This document shows positions 16,617-27,577 of a DNA stretch of 64,000 bases, piece after piece. Each line of letters begins with the position of its first letter. The first letter of the stretch is position 1. The notes under the pieces were generated by a model. It worked only from the letters and a program-made list of their open reading frames with translations, made no database searches and had not been told where the DNA came from. Location: positions 25,258 to 89,257 of the IMG/VR virus record IMGVR_UViG_3300045921_000484. The stretch is one strand, 5' to 3'. The DNA comes from a virus. Lineage: Duplodnaviria > Heunggongvirae > Uroviricota > Caudoviricetes. A program made the position numbers and the translations under genes.

Positions 16617-19600
16617 ATGGCAATTCAAATTGGAAAATACAAAAGACCTGGTATCTTTATCGAAGAATTTGACCAATCCGTGATAAGTTCACCAAGATTT
16701 GAAGGTATCAATAACCTTGTTATTGGTGTTTCTAAGAAGGGTCCGGTTAATACACCTATTTTATTGAAAAATATAAATGATTTGGAAGCGGTATTTGGTC
16801 AATTGGATAGAAATATGGAGAGAAAGGGTTCATATTTTCATAGAACTATTGCGAAAATGTTGGAATCTAGTCCAGTATACGCCCTCAATCTATTATTGAC
16901 TGATGATAATTTAGATACTATTGAATACCAGTCACTTTCAGCCGCATCAAATTATACGAATGATGTTGAGAGAGAAGGTCCTTATAGAAGATTTTTTGAT
17001 ACTACTGGTTTTTGGAAAAGAGATACAGAGTCTTTTATTAATTTAACAAAGAATAATACAGGATATGCCGAAAGAATTATTAATTTCACTAACTTATCTG
17101 ATAAGTATATTACTGTATTTATTGTTAAATCTAAACTAACAGGATTTGATAGAACTCTTATCGAGTGGTATGGTTCTGTTGAGAAGATGCCACCTTATGT
17201 TAATAGTAATGATTATGCTTCTGACTACATGGTGGATGTTGTGGTTGTTGGTGGTGATTGGTCAAATTATCAAGAATTAGCCGTGGATAATAGATGGAGC
17301 GCATACTTTAATAGCTCAGGTCTTAGAAAAGAACAATTAAGAAATTTCGCTAATGATAGAAATGTTACTTTACTTGCATACTACGAAGGGTTGTCATTAA
17401 TTCCATATTTTAGAGATAGTAATGGTAGAAATATTTTTATTGAAACAGTTATAAATAGAGATACTGATAGAACAGGTCTATTCTGTGCATTTAATTCAGA
17501 ATTGCTTGAAACTGATTACCCTAATGGTCTTGTTGATCTTTTAGGTAATGGTATTGCTCAATCAGAAGAAATGGATATTAATTTCCTTTCATATAAAGAG
17601 ACTATAACTGAATCAGTTGTTTTACCAAATGTTATTCTTGATAGACCAGGAAATGTTATATCTTTTGGTGGTACTGCATATGGTAACCCATCAAGAAGTC
17701 AATTACATGGTAGAAACGTAGGTCTTTCAAATATTCCATCGGTTGATGGTACTGTTAAGAACGGTAACAGAACAGGTTGGTATGCTGAAGATTTTGTATT
17801 TAATACAAAATTGTCGGCTATTTCTTCAACAACCGCTTCAATAGTTGTTTCTTACGGTGAAGTATCACCTGGTGATGGTATGTATGCTGTTGTAGGTGGT
17901 AAATCCTTAGTTATTGAGGGTGCTACATTTTCAATACAAGCTTCAAGTTATCCGCCATCTGGTGTAACCGCTTCTTTTACAGTTGCTTTTGTTGTAGATG
18001 GTACTGGTAATTTTGTGATGGTTGATAATATATTGACATCAAGTAATCCAGTTGTTAATTCAAGTGATATTGTATTAGGATATGTAACATTTAATATAAC
18101 AAACAATGTAATTGATACTGGTAGTGTAACATATAATCCAGTTTCAATTGATTCGTCCGGATTTGTTGACTTAGTTTTAGGTGTTGATTACCAAGTTACT
18201 GAGTCTACTCCAGGTTCAATAACTATTGAGTTACTTAACACAGCTAATTCACCTAATTCTTCAAATTACGAGCAATTTAGAAAGATTAAATATTTCAATA
18301 AACTATTAGATGGTGTTGATGGATCTTCTAAAAATAGAATGAGTATGATTATTAATTACTCCTCAATGACTAAGAAGTCATTGGAGAATATGTCAGTTAC
18401 AAATATAGTAACTGCTTCTACTCAAAATAAATCTCTTACAATCAATACAGGATTGACAAGTGCTGAGATAGCTGATATTGTTAATGAAGGTTACTTACTA
18501 TTCTACTTAAATGATGATGAGTTTATAGTTGGTCCTTATAAAGTTGAGACTAAAGATGGTATTGCTATTCTTACTGGTACTTCTTCAACATCTGATGGTG
18601 GTGTAGTATCTAAGTATTCAGATTTATATATTAAGTATATAAATGGTATTATTAATAGTGGTGACTATTTCTGGTCAAATTTAGTTAATTCTGATCCAGA
18701 ATCATCAGCTTATGGTGTTCCTGAGGCTATCACATTTATTGATGGTGAAGATGTTCCATCTGGTACAGCTTCAGCTTCTGGATATGATTATATTATATTC
18801 TATTCTTCCGGAACATTCTCTGGTTCAGCTTTAGCTAACTTGAGTGTTAATGATGTAATTTCAGTTCCATCCTCTTCACTGAATAAAGGAACATTCACAA
18901 TACTCACTGGTGGTGGAGCTGCGGCTGCTACATTAGCTGCTCAGTTAGGATATATCGGTTCTGGATATTATGCTTATAAAGTTAATGAAGAGACTGTATC
19001 AGAAACCTTATTTGAGTCTAATGGTCAAACAGGTGTTGTTTATAATTATTTAAAGAAACATTATTTAAGAATGTATATAGATGGATTAAATAGATTATCT
19101 GTATCATTTATGGATCCATTGTTGCAGTCTTATGAACCTGTTGATGTTGATACAAACCAAGTTTTATTTATACAGTCTAATATTAGTAACTATAAACAAT
19201 CTGTTGAGATTGAGACTAATGTTAATGGATATATACAGCAACCAAATAAAATACTTGTTAATGGATCTAGATATACTGAGGTTAAAGTAGGTGATTTCTT
19301 AGAAGCTTATGTTGATACAACAACATTGGTTCCTGGTGAAGTACCAAGAAGACTTACTAGAATTTTAAGTAAGAGAGCTTATGCTGGTGACCCAACGTTA
19401 ACTGAGATTACTTGTGACTCAAGAATTGCGACATATAATTTTAATGGTGATTATCAAACATTCAGATATACAACTATCGAAGATTATGTATCTACTTATA
19501 AAGCTATTACACTTAAAGGGTTTAGAGTAAGACAAGATTCTTTACCTGATGGCACTGAAGTTAAACAAAATCAAATTTTAAACCTTGTTGCGAAAGGAAC

Positions 19601-20543
19601 ACCTTTATTTAAGGCTTTAATTAACAAGGAATCATTTGACTTCAGATATTTAGTTGATTCGTTTGGTTTAGGCTTAACTGAAAGATCTAAGCAACAGTTA
19701 GTTGATATTTGTGGTAATAGGTTAGATGTATTTGGTTTCATAAATATGCCGTCTTTAAGACAGTTTAAGAATTCTACATCTCCATCATTTGTTAACTCTG
19801 AGGGTGTTTTACAGATAGAATATGTTTCTAAGGGTGGTGATCCTGAGTCTAATCCAGCTTTCCTTTATTCATTCGGTGATGGTCCTGGTACAACTTGTAC
19901 AGGTTACTTCACACCTTATGTGACAGTAAACGATAACGGTAGACCAATAGATGTTCCACCAGCTATGTTTGTAGCAACAACTTATATGAGAAAGCATACA
20001 TCTAATGTATCGGCTATAACTCCTTGGACAATTGCTGCTGGTGTTACAAATGGTAAAGTAACGAATATTGCTGGTCTTGAAATGGACTTCACTCTTGAAG
20101 ATATCGAGTGGTTAAATCAAGCTCAAATGAATCCAATTGTTTTCAAGAGAAATAGAGGTTGGATCATTGAGACTGAAAATACAGCTCAAACTCTTTACAA
20201 GTCAGCTCTTTCTTACATACACGTTAGAGAGGTATTAATTGAACTTGAGAGAGAACTTTCAAGAATGTTATTAGACTTCCAGTGGAAGTTCAATACACCT
20301 GAGGTTAGAGCAGAGATTAAGTTGAGAGCAGACGTTATTTGTGAAACTTATGTAAGTAGAAATGGTTTATATAACTACTTCAACAAAATTGATGAGGAGA
20401 ATAATACTCCTGAGATAATCGATAACCAAATTGGTGTTCTTGATACCTATGTAGAACCAATTAAGGGTATGGGAATAATTGTAAATAATATAACTATACT
20501 AAGAACGGGAGCAATAAGTGCAGGTGGTTTTATAAATGGATAA
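16617..20543 (+). CDS. Contractile tail sheath protein (T4 gp18-like, enlarged)
   Basis: N-terminal YKRPGIFIEEFD, GVSKKGPVNTP; C-terminal VREVLIELE...FKFNTPEVR...TYVEPIKGMGIIVNNITI. Confidence 0.92.
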   Translation: MAIQIGKYKRPGIFIEEFDQSVISSPRFEGINNLVIGVSKKGPVNTPILLKNINDLEAVFGQLDRNMERKGSYFHRTIAKMLESSPVYALNLLLTDDNLDTIEYQSLSAASNYTNDVEREGPYRRFFDTTGFWKRDTESFINLTKNNTGYAERIINFTNLSDKYITVFIVKSKLTGFDRTLIEWYGSVEKMPPYVNSNDYASDYMVDVVVVGGDWSNYQELAVDNRWSAYFNSSGLRKEQLRNFANDRNVTLLAYYEGLSLIPYFRDSNGRNIFIETVINRDTDRTGLFCAFNSELLETDYPNGLVDLLGNGIAQSEEMDINFLSYKETITESVVLPNVILDRPGNVISFGGTAYGNPSRSQLHGRNVGLSNIPSVDGTVKNGNRTGWYAEDFVFNTKLSAISSTTASIVVSYGEVSPGDGMYAVVGGKSLVIEGATFSIQASSYPPSGVTASFTVAFVVDGTGNFVMVDNILTSSNPVVNSSDIVLGYVTFNITNNVIDTGSVTYNPVSIDSSGFVDLVLGVDYQVTESTPGSITIELLNTANSPNSSNYEQFRKIKYFNKLLDGVDGSSKNRMSMIINYSSMTKKSLENMSVTNIVTASTQNKSLTINTGLTSAEIADIVNEGYLLFYLNDDEFIVGPYKVETKDGIAILTGTSSTSDGGVVSKYSDLYIKYINGIINSGDYFWSNLVNSDPESSAYGVPEAITFIDGEDVPSGTASASGYDYIIFYSSGTFSGSALANLSVNDVISVPSSSLNKGTFTILTGGGAAAATLAAQLGYIGSGYYAYKVNEETVSETLFESNGQTGVVYNYLKKHYLRMYIDGLNRLSVSFMDPLLQSYEPVDVDTNQVLFIQSNISNYKQSVEIETNVNGYIQQPNKILVNGSRYTEVKVGDFLEAYVDTTTLVPGEVPRRLTRILSKRAYAGDPTLTEITCDSRIATYNFNGDYQTFRYTTIEDYVSTYKAITLKGFRVRQDSLPDGTEVKQNQILNLVAKGTPLFKALINKESFDFRYLVDSFGLGLTERSKQQLVDICGNRLDVFGFINMPSLRQFKNSTSPSFVNSEGVLQIEYVSKGGDPESNPAFLYSFGDGPGTTCTGYFTPYVTVNDNGRPIDVPPAMFVATTYMRKHTSNVSAITPWTIAAGVTNGKVTNIAGLEMDFTLEDIEWLNQAQMNPIVFKRNRGWIIETENTAQTLYKSALSYIHVREVLIELERELSRMLLDFQWKFNTPEVRAEIKLRADVICETYVSRNGLYNYFNKIDEENNTPEIIDNQIGVLDTYVEPIKGMGIIVNNITILRTGAISAGGFING

Positions 20544-20560
20544 TAATAATTAAAATTATA

Positions 20561-20595
20561 AAACGGATATATTTAAAATATATCCGTTTTTTTTT
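20561..20595 (+). terminator. Intrinsic terminator after the sheath gene
   Basis: AAACGGATATATT...AATATATCCGTTT followed by a T-run. Confidence 0.8.
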
Positions 20596-20639
20596 AACCA
20601 AATAGGAGTTTTTAATATATATCTTAAACAGTATGTCTT

Positions 20640-22343
20640 ATGAATTTAGAAATATTTAAGCAAAGTGATCCTTCTGGGAGGTTTTTTAAGGAATCCTTTT
20701 TACTAAATAATTACCCAGAAGAGTATGAATATATCATGAATTTTTGTAAGATAAATGGCATATCTGATATTCCTTTTAAAGAAAAGGTATATTTAGCTAT
20801 AAATAATTTGAAAAATAAACCAATTTGCAGAAATCCAAATTGTCAAAATGAAACAAAATATAAAAATTCTACATTAGGGTATAATAAATATTGTTCCAAT
20901 AAGTGTATGTCATCTGATCCTTTTATTAAATCAATAAAACAAGAAAAGTCATATCAAAAATACGGAACAAAAACTCCAGCGGAATCTAAGGAAGTTAGAG
21001 AAAAAATAATAAAGACGAATCAATTAAGATATGGAAATAACTCACCCATGTGTTTGAGTGAAATTCAAGATAAATCAAGAAAAACATTAGTTAAAAATTA
21101 TGGTGTTGATAATCCAAGTAAATCAAAAGAATTGATAGATAAAAGAATAAAGTCTTTTAAATTAAGTGGATATAAAGAAACCTATAAAAAAACATCAAAT
21201 GAAAAGTATGGAGTTAATCACCCATGGATGAATAAAGAAATTCATAAAAAAACTATAGATTTTTTTTATTCTGATTATAGAAAAAGAATTGAAAGTAAAA
21301 TAAATTCGGATTTTACTTTTATAGATTTTAAAAAGGTTGGAATATCTACAAAATTATTATTTCATTGTAATAATTGCAATAAAGACTTTGATATATTACC
21401 TTATCAATTTTATTATAGAATAAATAGTAATATTAATATATGCACAAATTGTTTTCCAATCTCGGAAAACAAATCAATATCACAGATAGAAGTTTATAAT
21501 TTTATTAAAAAAAATTATTCCAATGAGGTTATAATTAATTGTAAAGATGTCATAAAGCCATATGAAGTCGATATATATCTACCTGAATTGAAGATTGGAT
21601 TTGAATTTAATGGTGTTTGGTGGCATTCTGAAAAATATAAAGAAGAAAATTATCATTTAAATAAATATAGATTATCTGAAACAAATGGCATAGATATTTA
21701 TACTATATGGGAAGATGATTGGAACACAAAAAGGGAGATATGTGAGTCGTTTATTTTAAATAAATTAGGTAAGAGTAATAAAATATTTGCCAGAAAATGT
21801 GAAATAAAAGAGGTAAGTTATAATGAATCTAGACTTTTCTTAAATAATAATCACTTACAGGGAGATTGTAAATCATCAATTAGAATAGGATTATTTTACA
21901 ATAATACAATGGTTAGCTTAATGACATTTTCAAAATTAAGATTGCCGTTACAGAGATTTTCAAAAAATAGAAATAAATCAGATTATTATGAATTGACTAG
22001 ATTTTGTAATAAAATAAACAATGTTGTTATTGGAGGAGCATCTAAGATATTAAATTATTTTATTAATAAATACAAACCAATTCAGATAGAAACATATTCT
22101 GATAATTTAATCTCAAAAGGGGTTTTATATGAAAAGTTAGGGTTTGTTTATTCACATACGTCAAAACCAGGATATTGGTATGTAATAGACGGAATAAGGG
22201 AGCATAGATTTAATTGGAGAAAACAAAATCTAGTGAGATTAGGATATGATGCTAATAAAACAGAGGAAGAAATAATGTCTGAAATTGGGTATTATAGAAT
22301 TTATAATGCTGGTAATAAGAAGTGGGTTTTTCATAAAGGATAA
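20640..22343 (+). CDS. Free-standing homing-endonuclease-like protein, paralog of 1010..2635
   Basis: CRNPNC/CSNKC Zn motifs, KNYGVDNPSKS repeats, EVDIYLPELKIGFEFNGVWWHSE, GNAT-like IGGASKIL...LYEKLGF. Confidence 0.7.
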   Translation: MNLEIFKQSDPSGRFFKESFLLNNYPEEYEYIMNFCKINGISDIPFKEKVYLAINNLKNKPICRNPNCQNETKYKNSTLGYNKYCSNKCMSSDPFIKSIKQEKSYQKYGTKTPAESKEVREKIIKTNQLRYGNNSPMCLSEIQDKSRKTLVKNYGVDNPSKSKELIDKRIKSFKLSGYKETYKKTSNEKYGVNHPWMNKEIHKKTIDFFYSDYRKRIESKINSDFTFIDFKKVGISTKLLFHCNNCNKDFDILPYQFYYRINSNINICTNCFPISENKSISQIEVYNFIKKNYSNEVIINCKDVIKPYEVDIYLPELKIGFEFNGVWWHSEKYKEENYHLNKYRLSETNGIDIYTIWEDDWNTKREICESFILNKLGKSNKIFARKCEIKEVSYNESRLFLNNNHLQGDCKSSIRIGLFYNNTMVSLMTFSKLRLPLQRFSKNRNKSDYYELTRFCNKINNVVIGGASKILNYFINKYKPIQIETYSDNLISKGVLYEKLGFVYSHTSKPGYWYVIDGIREHRFNWRKQNLVRLGYDANKTEEEIMSEIGYYRIYNAGNKKWVFHKG

Positions 22344-22422
22344 AGTATTAAACTTTTCCTCTTTTTTTCTTATAATGGAGAGGACGCTATGCGTAATATA
22401 TAATAAAAAATAACAACATTAT

Positions 22423-23364
22423 ATGTCTGATAATAATAAGAAAGAAATGTCTGAAGAGGAATATCTAAGAAAACATCTAGAGAGTGTAGATAATAATCAC
22501 ATGAATACTGATATATCATTCAACAATGCTAAGCCAGTTGTTGAATCAAGTAAATCTACTGATTTAACCTTTTTTAACTTTGATGCTAAGGAAATGCCAT
22601 GTGGTAGATATTATCCAACCGGTACAATTATTATGGTTAGACCGGCTCAAGTTAGAGAAATACAGGCATATTCTATGGTTGATGATAATAATTTTTATGA
22701 TATTGTTGAGAAGATGAATGATATGTTGCAAGCTTGTGTGAGAATTAAATATCCAAATGGAAATTTAGCATCATATTTGGAGTTAAAAGACCAAGATAGA
22801 CTATTCTTAATATTCATGATTAGAGAAATGACATTTCAACAGGGTAATTCATTGGCTGTTAATGTTAGATGTACTTGTGGAAATGAGATGAAAATTGAAA
22901 TGAATAGAAAGAATTTTGTTTTCCACGAGATTGATGAGAAGATGAATAAGTTCTTTGATAATTCAACTAGATCATTTAAATTTAAGATTCAGAATGGTAA
23001 GGAGTATGAATTGTCACCACCTTCTATTGGTATACAAAAGGCATTTACTGAATATATTATTAAGGAGAATCAGGAAAAGAGATCACCTAATTTAGCATTC
23101 TTGAAAATTATACCATTTATGTTAACTGGTAGAAATACTATAACAATTGATGGTATAAAGGCTAAATTGCAAGAATTTGAGAAGATAGATGATATATCAT
23201 TCCAATTCCTAAATGCTGCTGTTAGTAAAATGACATTTGGGTTGAAGGAGTTAAAAGGTATTTGTAGCTGCGGTATGGAGGTGCGCAGTGATATGACATT
23301 TCCCAACGGAGCGTCAGGTATTTTCGTTATTCATGATGCCTTTGAGGCATATATTAAAGAATAA
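22423..23364 (+). CDS. Baseplate hub assembly protein (T4 gp26-like)
   Basis: MVRPAQVREI, L...DRLFLIFMIRE, CTC...CSC pairs; adjacent to gp51-like and tail genes. Confidence 0.65.
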   Translation: MSDNNKKEMSEEEYLRKHLESVDNNHMNTDISFNNAKPVVESSKSTDLTFFNFDAKEMPCGRYYPTGTIIMVRPAQVREIQAYSMVDDNNFYDIVEKMNDMLQACVRIKYPNGNLASYLELKDQDRLFLIFMIREMTFQQGNSLAVNVRCTCGNEMKIEMNRKNFVFHEIDEKMNKFFDNSTRSFKFKIQNGKEYELSPPSIGIQKAFTEYIIKENQEKRSPNLAFLKIIPFMLTGRNTITIDGIKAKLQEFEKIDDISFQFLNAAVSKMTFGLKELKGICSCGMEVRSDMTFPNGASGIFVIHDAFEAYIKE

Positions 23365-23584
23365 GCTTTTATTACAAAAGCACTTTAATACTCAAGAGAT
23401 ATCCATGGATGAATGGCCATATTGGATGTTCGAAGAAAACATTAAGCTGGTTAACGAGATTATTGAAGAGGAAGAAAAGCATAGAAAGAAAGAGGAAGAA
23501 AAACAACAATCGAGTATGCCTAACTTTAATGTGAATTCAATGATGAGGGATGCCGGTAATATGGCTAGTAAATTTAAGAAATAA
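23333..23584 (+). CDS. Baseplate hub assembly catalyst (T4 gp51-like)
   Basis: LLQKHFN...SMDEWPYWMFE...L...IEEE resembles the gp51 pattern. Confidence 0.55.
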   Translation: MMPLRHILKNKLLLQKHFNTQEISMDEWPYWMFEENIKLVNEIIEEEEKHRKKEEEKQQSSMPNFNVNSMMRDAGNMASKFKK

Positions 23585-23615
23585 AAAAAAAGAGAGATTT
23601 TCATCTCTCTTTTTT
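23583..23615. terminator. Bidirectional intrinsic terminator
   Basis: A-run AGAGAGAT-TTTC-ATCTCTCT T-run between convergent genes. Confidence 0.8.
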
Positions 23616-23636
23616 GTTTTAAATAAAATTTATTTA

Positions 23637-24254
23637 TTAATATCCAGAAATTATTGGAGGAGTGATAGCGAAGTTATTATCTATATACTCATCAATCCAG
23701 TAATCAGCTACGAATCCGGCATCTACACTCCAAATATCACTACCTTCCCAATTAAGAGAAGCACCAGATATGTTTTTAATTTGGCAGTTTTGGAAAGTAA
23801 CTCTTCTTAGAACAAATCCTTTTTTATCATGTTGATTAACAATGATAGTGCCAATTATATCACTCTTATAGTGAAGATAACCTGTTTGAGAATTCCATAC
23901 TAAATCATACCATGCTTTTAGGGTATTCCAGTTTTCCATTGAGCCACCGTCATTTACATTAATTTGAAAGTTTATATTAAACTCAATGTGAGTTTGAGCA
24001 GGACCAGCTGACATGAAAGCTCTAGTTGAATACTTGAACCTTTGAGTCTTAGTTTCAATAGCTTCTGTTAAGTTAAGATCTATTTTAGTAGCGTTCTCTA
24101 ATAATAATAGAGGATTTCTACCTTGTGCTTGTAATATAACCGGTAACACAAATGTAATCTCAAACAAGTTAAGATATACTGGTTCTTCTGGCTTTGTACC
24201 TGGACCCCCTGGTGATCCTACGTTTGATAAATTGGTAAAATGTGGTAATGGCAT
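23637..24254 (-). CDS. Tail tube protein (T4 gp19-like)
   Basis: EPVYLNLFEITF, WNTLKAWYDL, IVNQHDKKG.VLRRVTF.NC, VADYW. Confidence 0.8.
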   Translation of the reverse strand: MPLPHFTNLSNVGSPGGPGTKPEEPVYLNLFEITFVLPVILQAQGRNPLLLLENATKIDLNLTEAIETKTQRFKYSTRAFMSAGPAQTHIEFNINFQINVNDGGSMENWNTLKAWYDLVWNSQTGYLHYKSDIIGTIIVNQHDKKGFVLRRVTFQNCQIKNISGASLNWEGSDIWSVDAGFVADYWIDEYIDNNFAITPPIISGY

Positions 24255-24436
24255 TTTATTTTTATTATTTTTTAGTTAATTTGTTTAACAAACTATAAGA
24301 TATATATTAATTATTTTTATGTCTCTATATTATATATCTTTGCTTTTATATATTATTATTCCAAATAGAATTTTTTCTATTTCTGCAAATTGAAACTTTA
24401 CTGTTATGTCAATATATAAAAAATAAAATTCATTTA

Positions 24437-25549
24437 ATGAGGGTATTTATAACTAGTGATTGGCATTTTGGTGTTTACCTTAATAATTTAGATAAATGGT
24501 TGGATATGATGGAAGACTATTTCTATAATTCTTTTATACCATATATAAAAGAAAATGCCAAAGAAGGTGATATAATGATACACTGTGGTGACCTTTATGA
24601 TAACAGAACATCAATCCCTATAATAGCTTCATATAAAGCTGAAAAAATACTTCTAGAGCTTTCTAAAATAATGCCGTTGCACATAATTGTTGGTAATCAC
24701 GATCTTTGGAATAAGGGAACAAATGATGTTAATTCTGTGAGATTATTCAATCATATTAGTAATATTCACGTTTACACCGAAACAACATCAATCGAAGTTA
24801 TGGGTAAGAAGTTAGTACTTATGCCTTGGGTTGAAAATAGATTAGATATGATTAAGGAAATTAAATCTAATCCAGGTGATTATTTATTTTGTCACTCTGA
24901 TTTGAATGGGTGTAGGATGCATTTAAACTCAGTTGCTCATAGAAATGCTGATAAGATTGATGTTGTGGAGTTTAGTGGATATAAGCATGTATTTTCTGGA
25001 CATATACATATACGTCAACAAAATGAGAACTTTTCTTTTGTTGGTTCTCCTTATCAAATGGATAGAAATGACATGGGTGATCAAAAGGGTATCACTATAC
25101 TTGACCTATCAACTGGTAAAATTGATTTTGAACCTAATAAATATTCACCGGTATTCAGAAAGTTTTCTATTAGAACCGAAGAAGACGTTGATAGATTAGA
25201 TGAACTAAAAGACACTAAGGATTACATAGATTTATCTATTTCGAATAATTTATTAGTTACTAATAGAAAACTTCGTAGAAAGCTAGAGGTTATGCTTGAG
25301 AAAGGTAACTTTGCTTCTGTTGAGTATATTGATGATATTGTGAGTGAAGATACAACTGAAAATAATGAGTCTATTGAAGTTAAGGAAGATGAATTAGATG
25401 TCTCTATACAATTTGAATATGAAGAGTATATTAAAGAATATATCCTTAGACAAAAGTATGATAATGATAAATTCAAGAATGGTGTTCTTACTGAATATGA
25501 TGAGATTGTTAAGATATTTAATGAGAACTATAAATCTAAGACAGACTAA
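24437..25549 (+). CDS. Recombination nuclease, T4 gp47/SbcD/Mre11-like
   Basis: SDWHFG, GDLYD, VGNHD, FSGHIH metallophosphoesterase motifs. Confidence 0.92.
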   Translation: MRVFITSDWHFGVYLNNLDKWLDMMEDYFYNSFIPYIKENAKEGDIMIHCGDLYDNRTSIPIIASYKAEKILLELSKIMPLHIIVGNHDLWNKGTNDVNSVRLFNHISNIHVYTETTSIEVMGKKLVLMPWVENRLDMIKEIKSNPGDYLFCHSDLNGCRMHLNSVAHRNADKIDVVEFSGYKHVFSGHIHIRQQNENFSFVGSPYQMDRNDMGDQKGITILDLSTGKIDFEPNKYSPVFRKFSIRTEEDVDRLDELKDTKDYIDLSISNNLLVTNRKLRRKLEVMLEKGNFASVEYIDDIVSEDTTENNESIEVKEDELDVSIQFEYEEYIKEYILRQKYDNDKFKNGVLTEYDEIVKIFNENYKSKTD

Positions 25550-25773
25550 TGATCGACTACTTATTTGAACTAGAAAGTAAGAGATATCCGTTTTATAATG
25601 TTATTAAAATAGATGTAATATCGAATGAGAATGGTATTATAACTTATAGAGTTCTTATTGATTCTAAATTTGAAACAGGTAAGTGGATAAAGCAGGAACC
25701 AACAAGAACTATTAGGTTATCTGAATTAGTTGCTGAAATGAGAGATGAGAAAATTAAAAAGATATTAGAGTGA
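25549..25773 (+). CDS. Small hypothetical protein with C-terminal RDEKIKKIL tag
   Basis: 74 aa, coupled to the gp47 stop (TAATG). Confidence 0.65.
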   Translation: MIDYLFELESKRYPFYNVIKIDVISNENGIITYRVLIDSKFETGKWIKQEPTRTIRLSELVAEMRDEKIKKILE

Positions 25774-25775
25774 TT

Positions 25776-26042
25776 TCAAAGCTTTTGTATCCTTATTTTA
25801 AGATCACCGGTTCCTTTTATTATTCTATGATATACACCTTTTGGTATAAATATTTTACCATCAATTTTTTTCGGAAGATCATCATCTATTTGAAATAACC
25901 AATCTGTTTCGCCAATCGATTCGATTATTCTATCTTCAAAATCTCTGTGCCACATAAATTCTCCGGAATCGGTTTCTTGCTTAAATTCTCTAATAAATAT
26001 ATTTTCTGATAATTTAGTTTCGGTAAATGGTAGGGGTATCAT
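25776..26042 (-). CDS. Small cupin-fold protein
   Basis: MWHRDFE...FIPKGVYHRII. Confidence 0.6.
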   Translation of the reverse strand: MIPLPFTETKLSENIFIREFKQETDSGEFMWHRDFEDRIIESIGETDWLFQIDDDLPKKIDGKIFIPKGVYHRIIKGTGDLKIRIQKL

Positions 26043-26764
26043 TAAAAATCTTTAAATTTTATAATATCATCTCTAAGCATGCTCATGAATTTATCTTCAA
26101 AATATTTTGAGTCTTTTTTGTATCCTGATTTACTTTCATCATTCGGGTCTTTTGTCCATTGATACGACCAAAATAAATCGGTTGGTGTTTTAAATCCAAA
26201 GAAAGAAAGCACTTTCTTTTCTAAATCAATAGCCTCATTACCATTCCAGTTATGTCCGACAGAGATAACACCTGCTTCTATATCTTTTATAATATTACTC
26301 TCACCTAAAGTTTTATGTCTATTTTCTAACCAGGTCAATCTTTCGATCAATTTAGTGTAGATTGAATTCATCTTGCCCCATCTTATAGATCCAAAAAATA
26401 AAACCGCTTCGGATATCAATAATTCATTTACAATTTTATATAACTCATCATCTGAATTGTTATAAGATGCCCAACATCTATGTTCACCGGTTTTATCTTT
26501 ATTACCCTTTAATAGAGCCTCTTTTACACCACAACTATTTCCGTTTTTACCACTAACATTTCCTTCACATACATGTATATTTAGCTTAGAAACGTCAATT
26601 ATAGTAACATTATTCTTGCCAAGATGTTCCCGCATTTGATAAGCTATTAATGATGATTTAGGTAATTCATCATGTCCTTCCCATCTATTAGATGTTAGCA
26701 GGAAAAGAACTTTTTTCTTTTTCCTTAAATGACTTATTGTTTTTTTGTATTTTGTAATAGACAT
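26042..26764 (-). CDS. Flavodoxin-fold NAD(P)H-dependent FMN reductase-like protein
   Basis: HVCEGN...SC...RCW, DDELYKIVNELLISEAVLFFGSIRWG, KLIERL. Confidence 0.7.
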   Translation of the reverse strand: MSITKYKKTISHLRKKKKVLFLLTSNRWEGHDELPKSSLIAYQMREHLGKNNVTIIDVSKLNIHVCEGNVSGKNGNSCGVKEALLKGNKDKTGEHRCWASYNNSDDELYKIVNELLISEAVLFFGSIRWGKMNSIYTKLIERLTWLENRHKTLGESNIIKDIEAGVISVGHNWNGNEAIDLEKKVLSFFGFKTPTDLFWSYQWTKDPNDESKSGYKKDSKYFEDKFMSMLRDDIIKFKDF

Positions 26765-26854
26765 GCTTAATTAATATATTTTTTTATGAAAGGCATATTT
26801 TTGTATATTTTTATATTATATAAGGACAAAACATTTAAGTAATATGCAAATATT

Positions 26855-27577
26855 TTACCAATAACCAGGGTAAGTTTTACCACCCCAGAGATGTCCGTAT
26901 TTATTTATTCTACATGCCCAGTACCCTGCTTTAGTCTTATCTTTTTTGGTAGAACATTGATGTCTTGCTGCGAATGATTTTCTAGCTTCTGGATTTGATA
27001 CTTTAGCACTTAATCCAGTTGTATCTCCGAAAGAAATTTTTTTAACATTTCCGCTTTTTGGATCTTTCACATAAACGTAGTATTTCTTAGATCCTCCTCT
27101 CATTGGGTGATTTAATTTAACTTCTTTACCCTTATATTTAGCCTCATTAATATCCTCGGTGTATTCCATTGGAATATCTAAAGGTACTATTTCATCATTA
27201 AATTTTGCAAATCTTCCTATATCGGTGCATTCAAATAGTTCTTTATCTTCTTTTAATAGTTCGATTTGACCTTTATCGAATAAGTTTCTAGCTTCTTTTA
27301 ATAGGTTAAAAAATGAATTAGATCCAGGTCTGAATACATTTTCAACAATTGATTTTTTGTTATCGATGTGATACTGAAGTTTTTCACTTATCATTGATGA
27401 TGCATTACTAAATGATTCGAACTTCTCAACTTTATCAAGTTCTTTTTTGAAATTTTTATCATTATTTTTAGGATCATTAGTAAATTCAATTATTTCATCA
27501 TCAGCTATTGATTTATCGTTAAATCCTTGGTCTTTAATTTTTTTATCTGATTCATTGAATCTTTTAATATGTTTCAT
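26855..27577 (-). CDS. Putative virion protein with CTS-like N-terminus and DUF6321-like C-terminal domain
   Basis: MKHIKRFNES; KKYYVYVKDPKSGNVKKISFGD...ARKSFAARHQC...AGYWAC. Confidence 0.7.
   Translation of the reverse strand: MKHIKRFNESDKKIKDQGFNDKSIADDEIIEFTNDPKNNDKNFKKELDKVEKFESFSNASSMISEKLQYHIDNKKSIVENVFRPGSNSFFNLLKEARNLFDKGQIELLKEDKELFECTDIGRFAKFNDEIVPLDIPMEYTEDINEAKYKGKEVKLNHPMRGGSKKYYVYVKDPKSGNVKKISFGDTTGLSAKVSNPEARKSFAARHQCSTKKDKTKAGYWACRINKYGHLWGGKTYPGYW

Noticed and set aside
23333-23364. Programmed frameshift fusing the gp26-like and gp51-like ORFs
   Set aside because: No slippery heptamer in the overlap and the second ORF has its own ATG codons.
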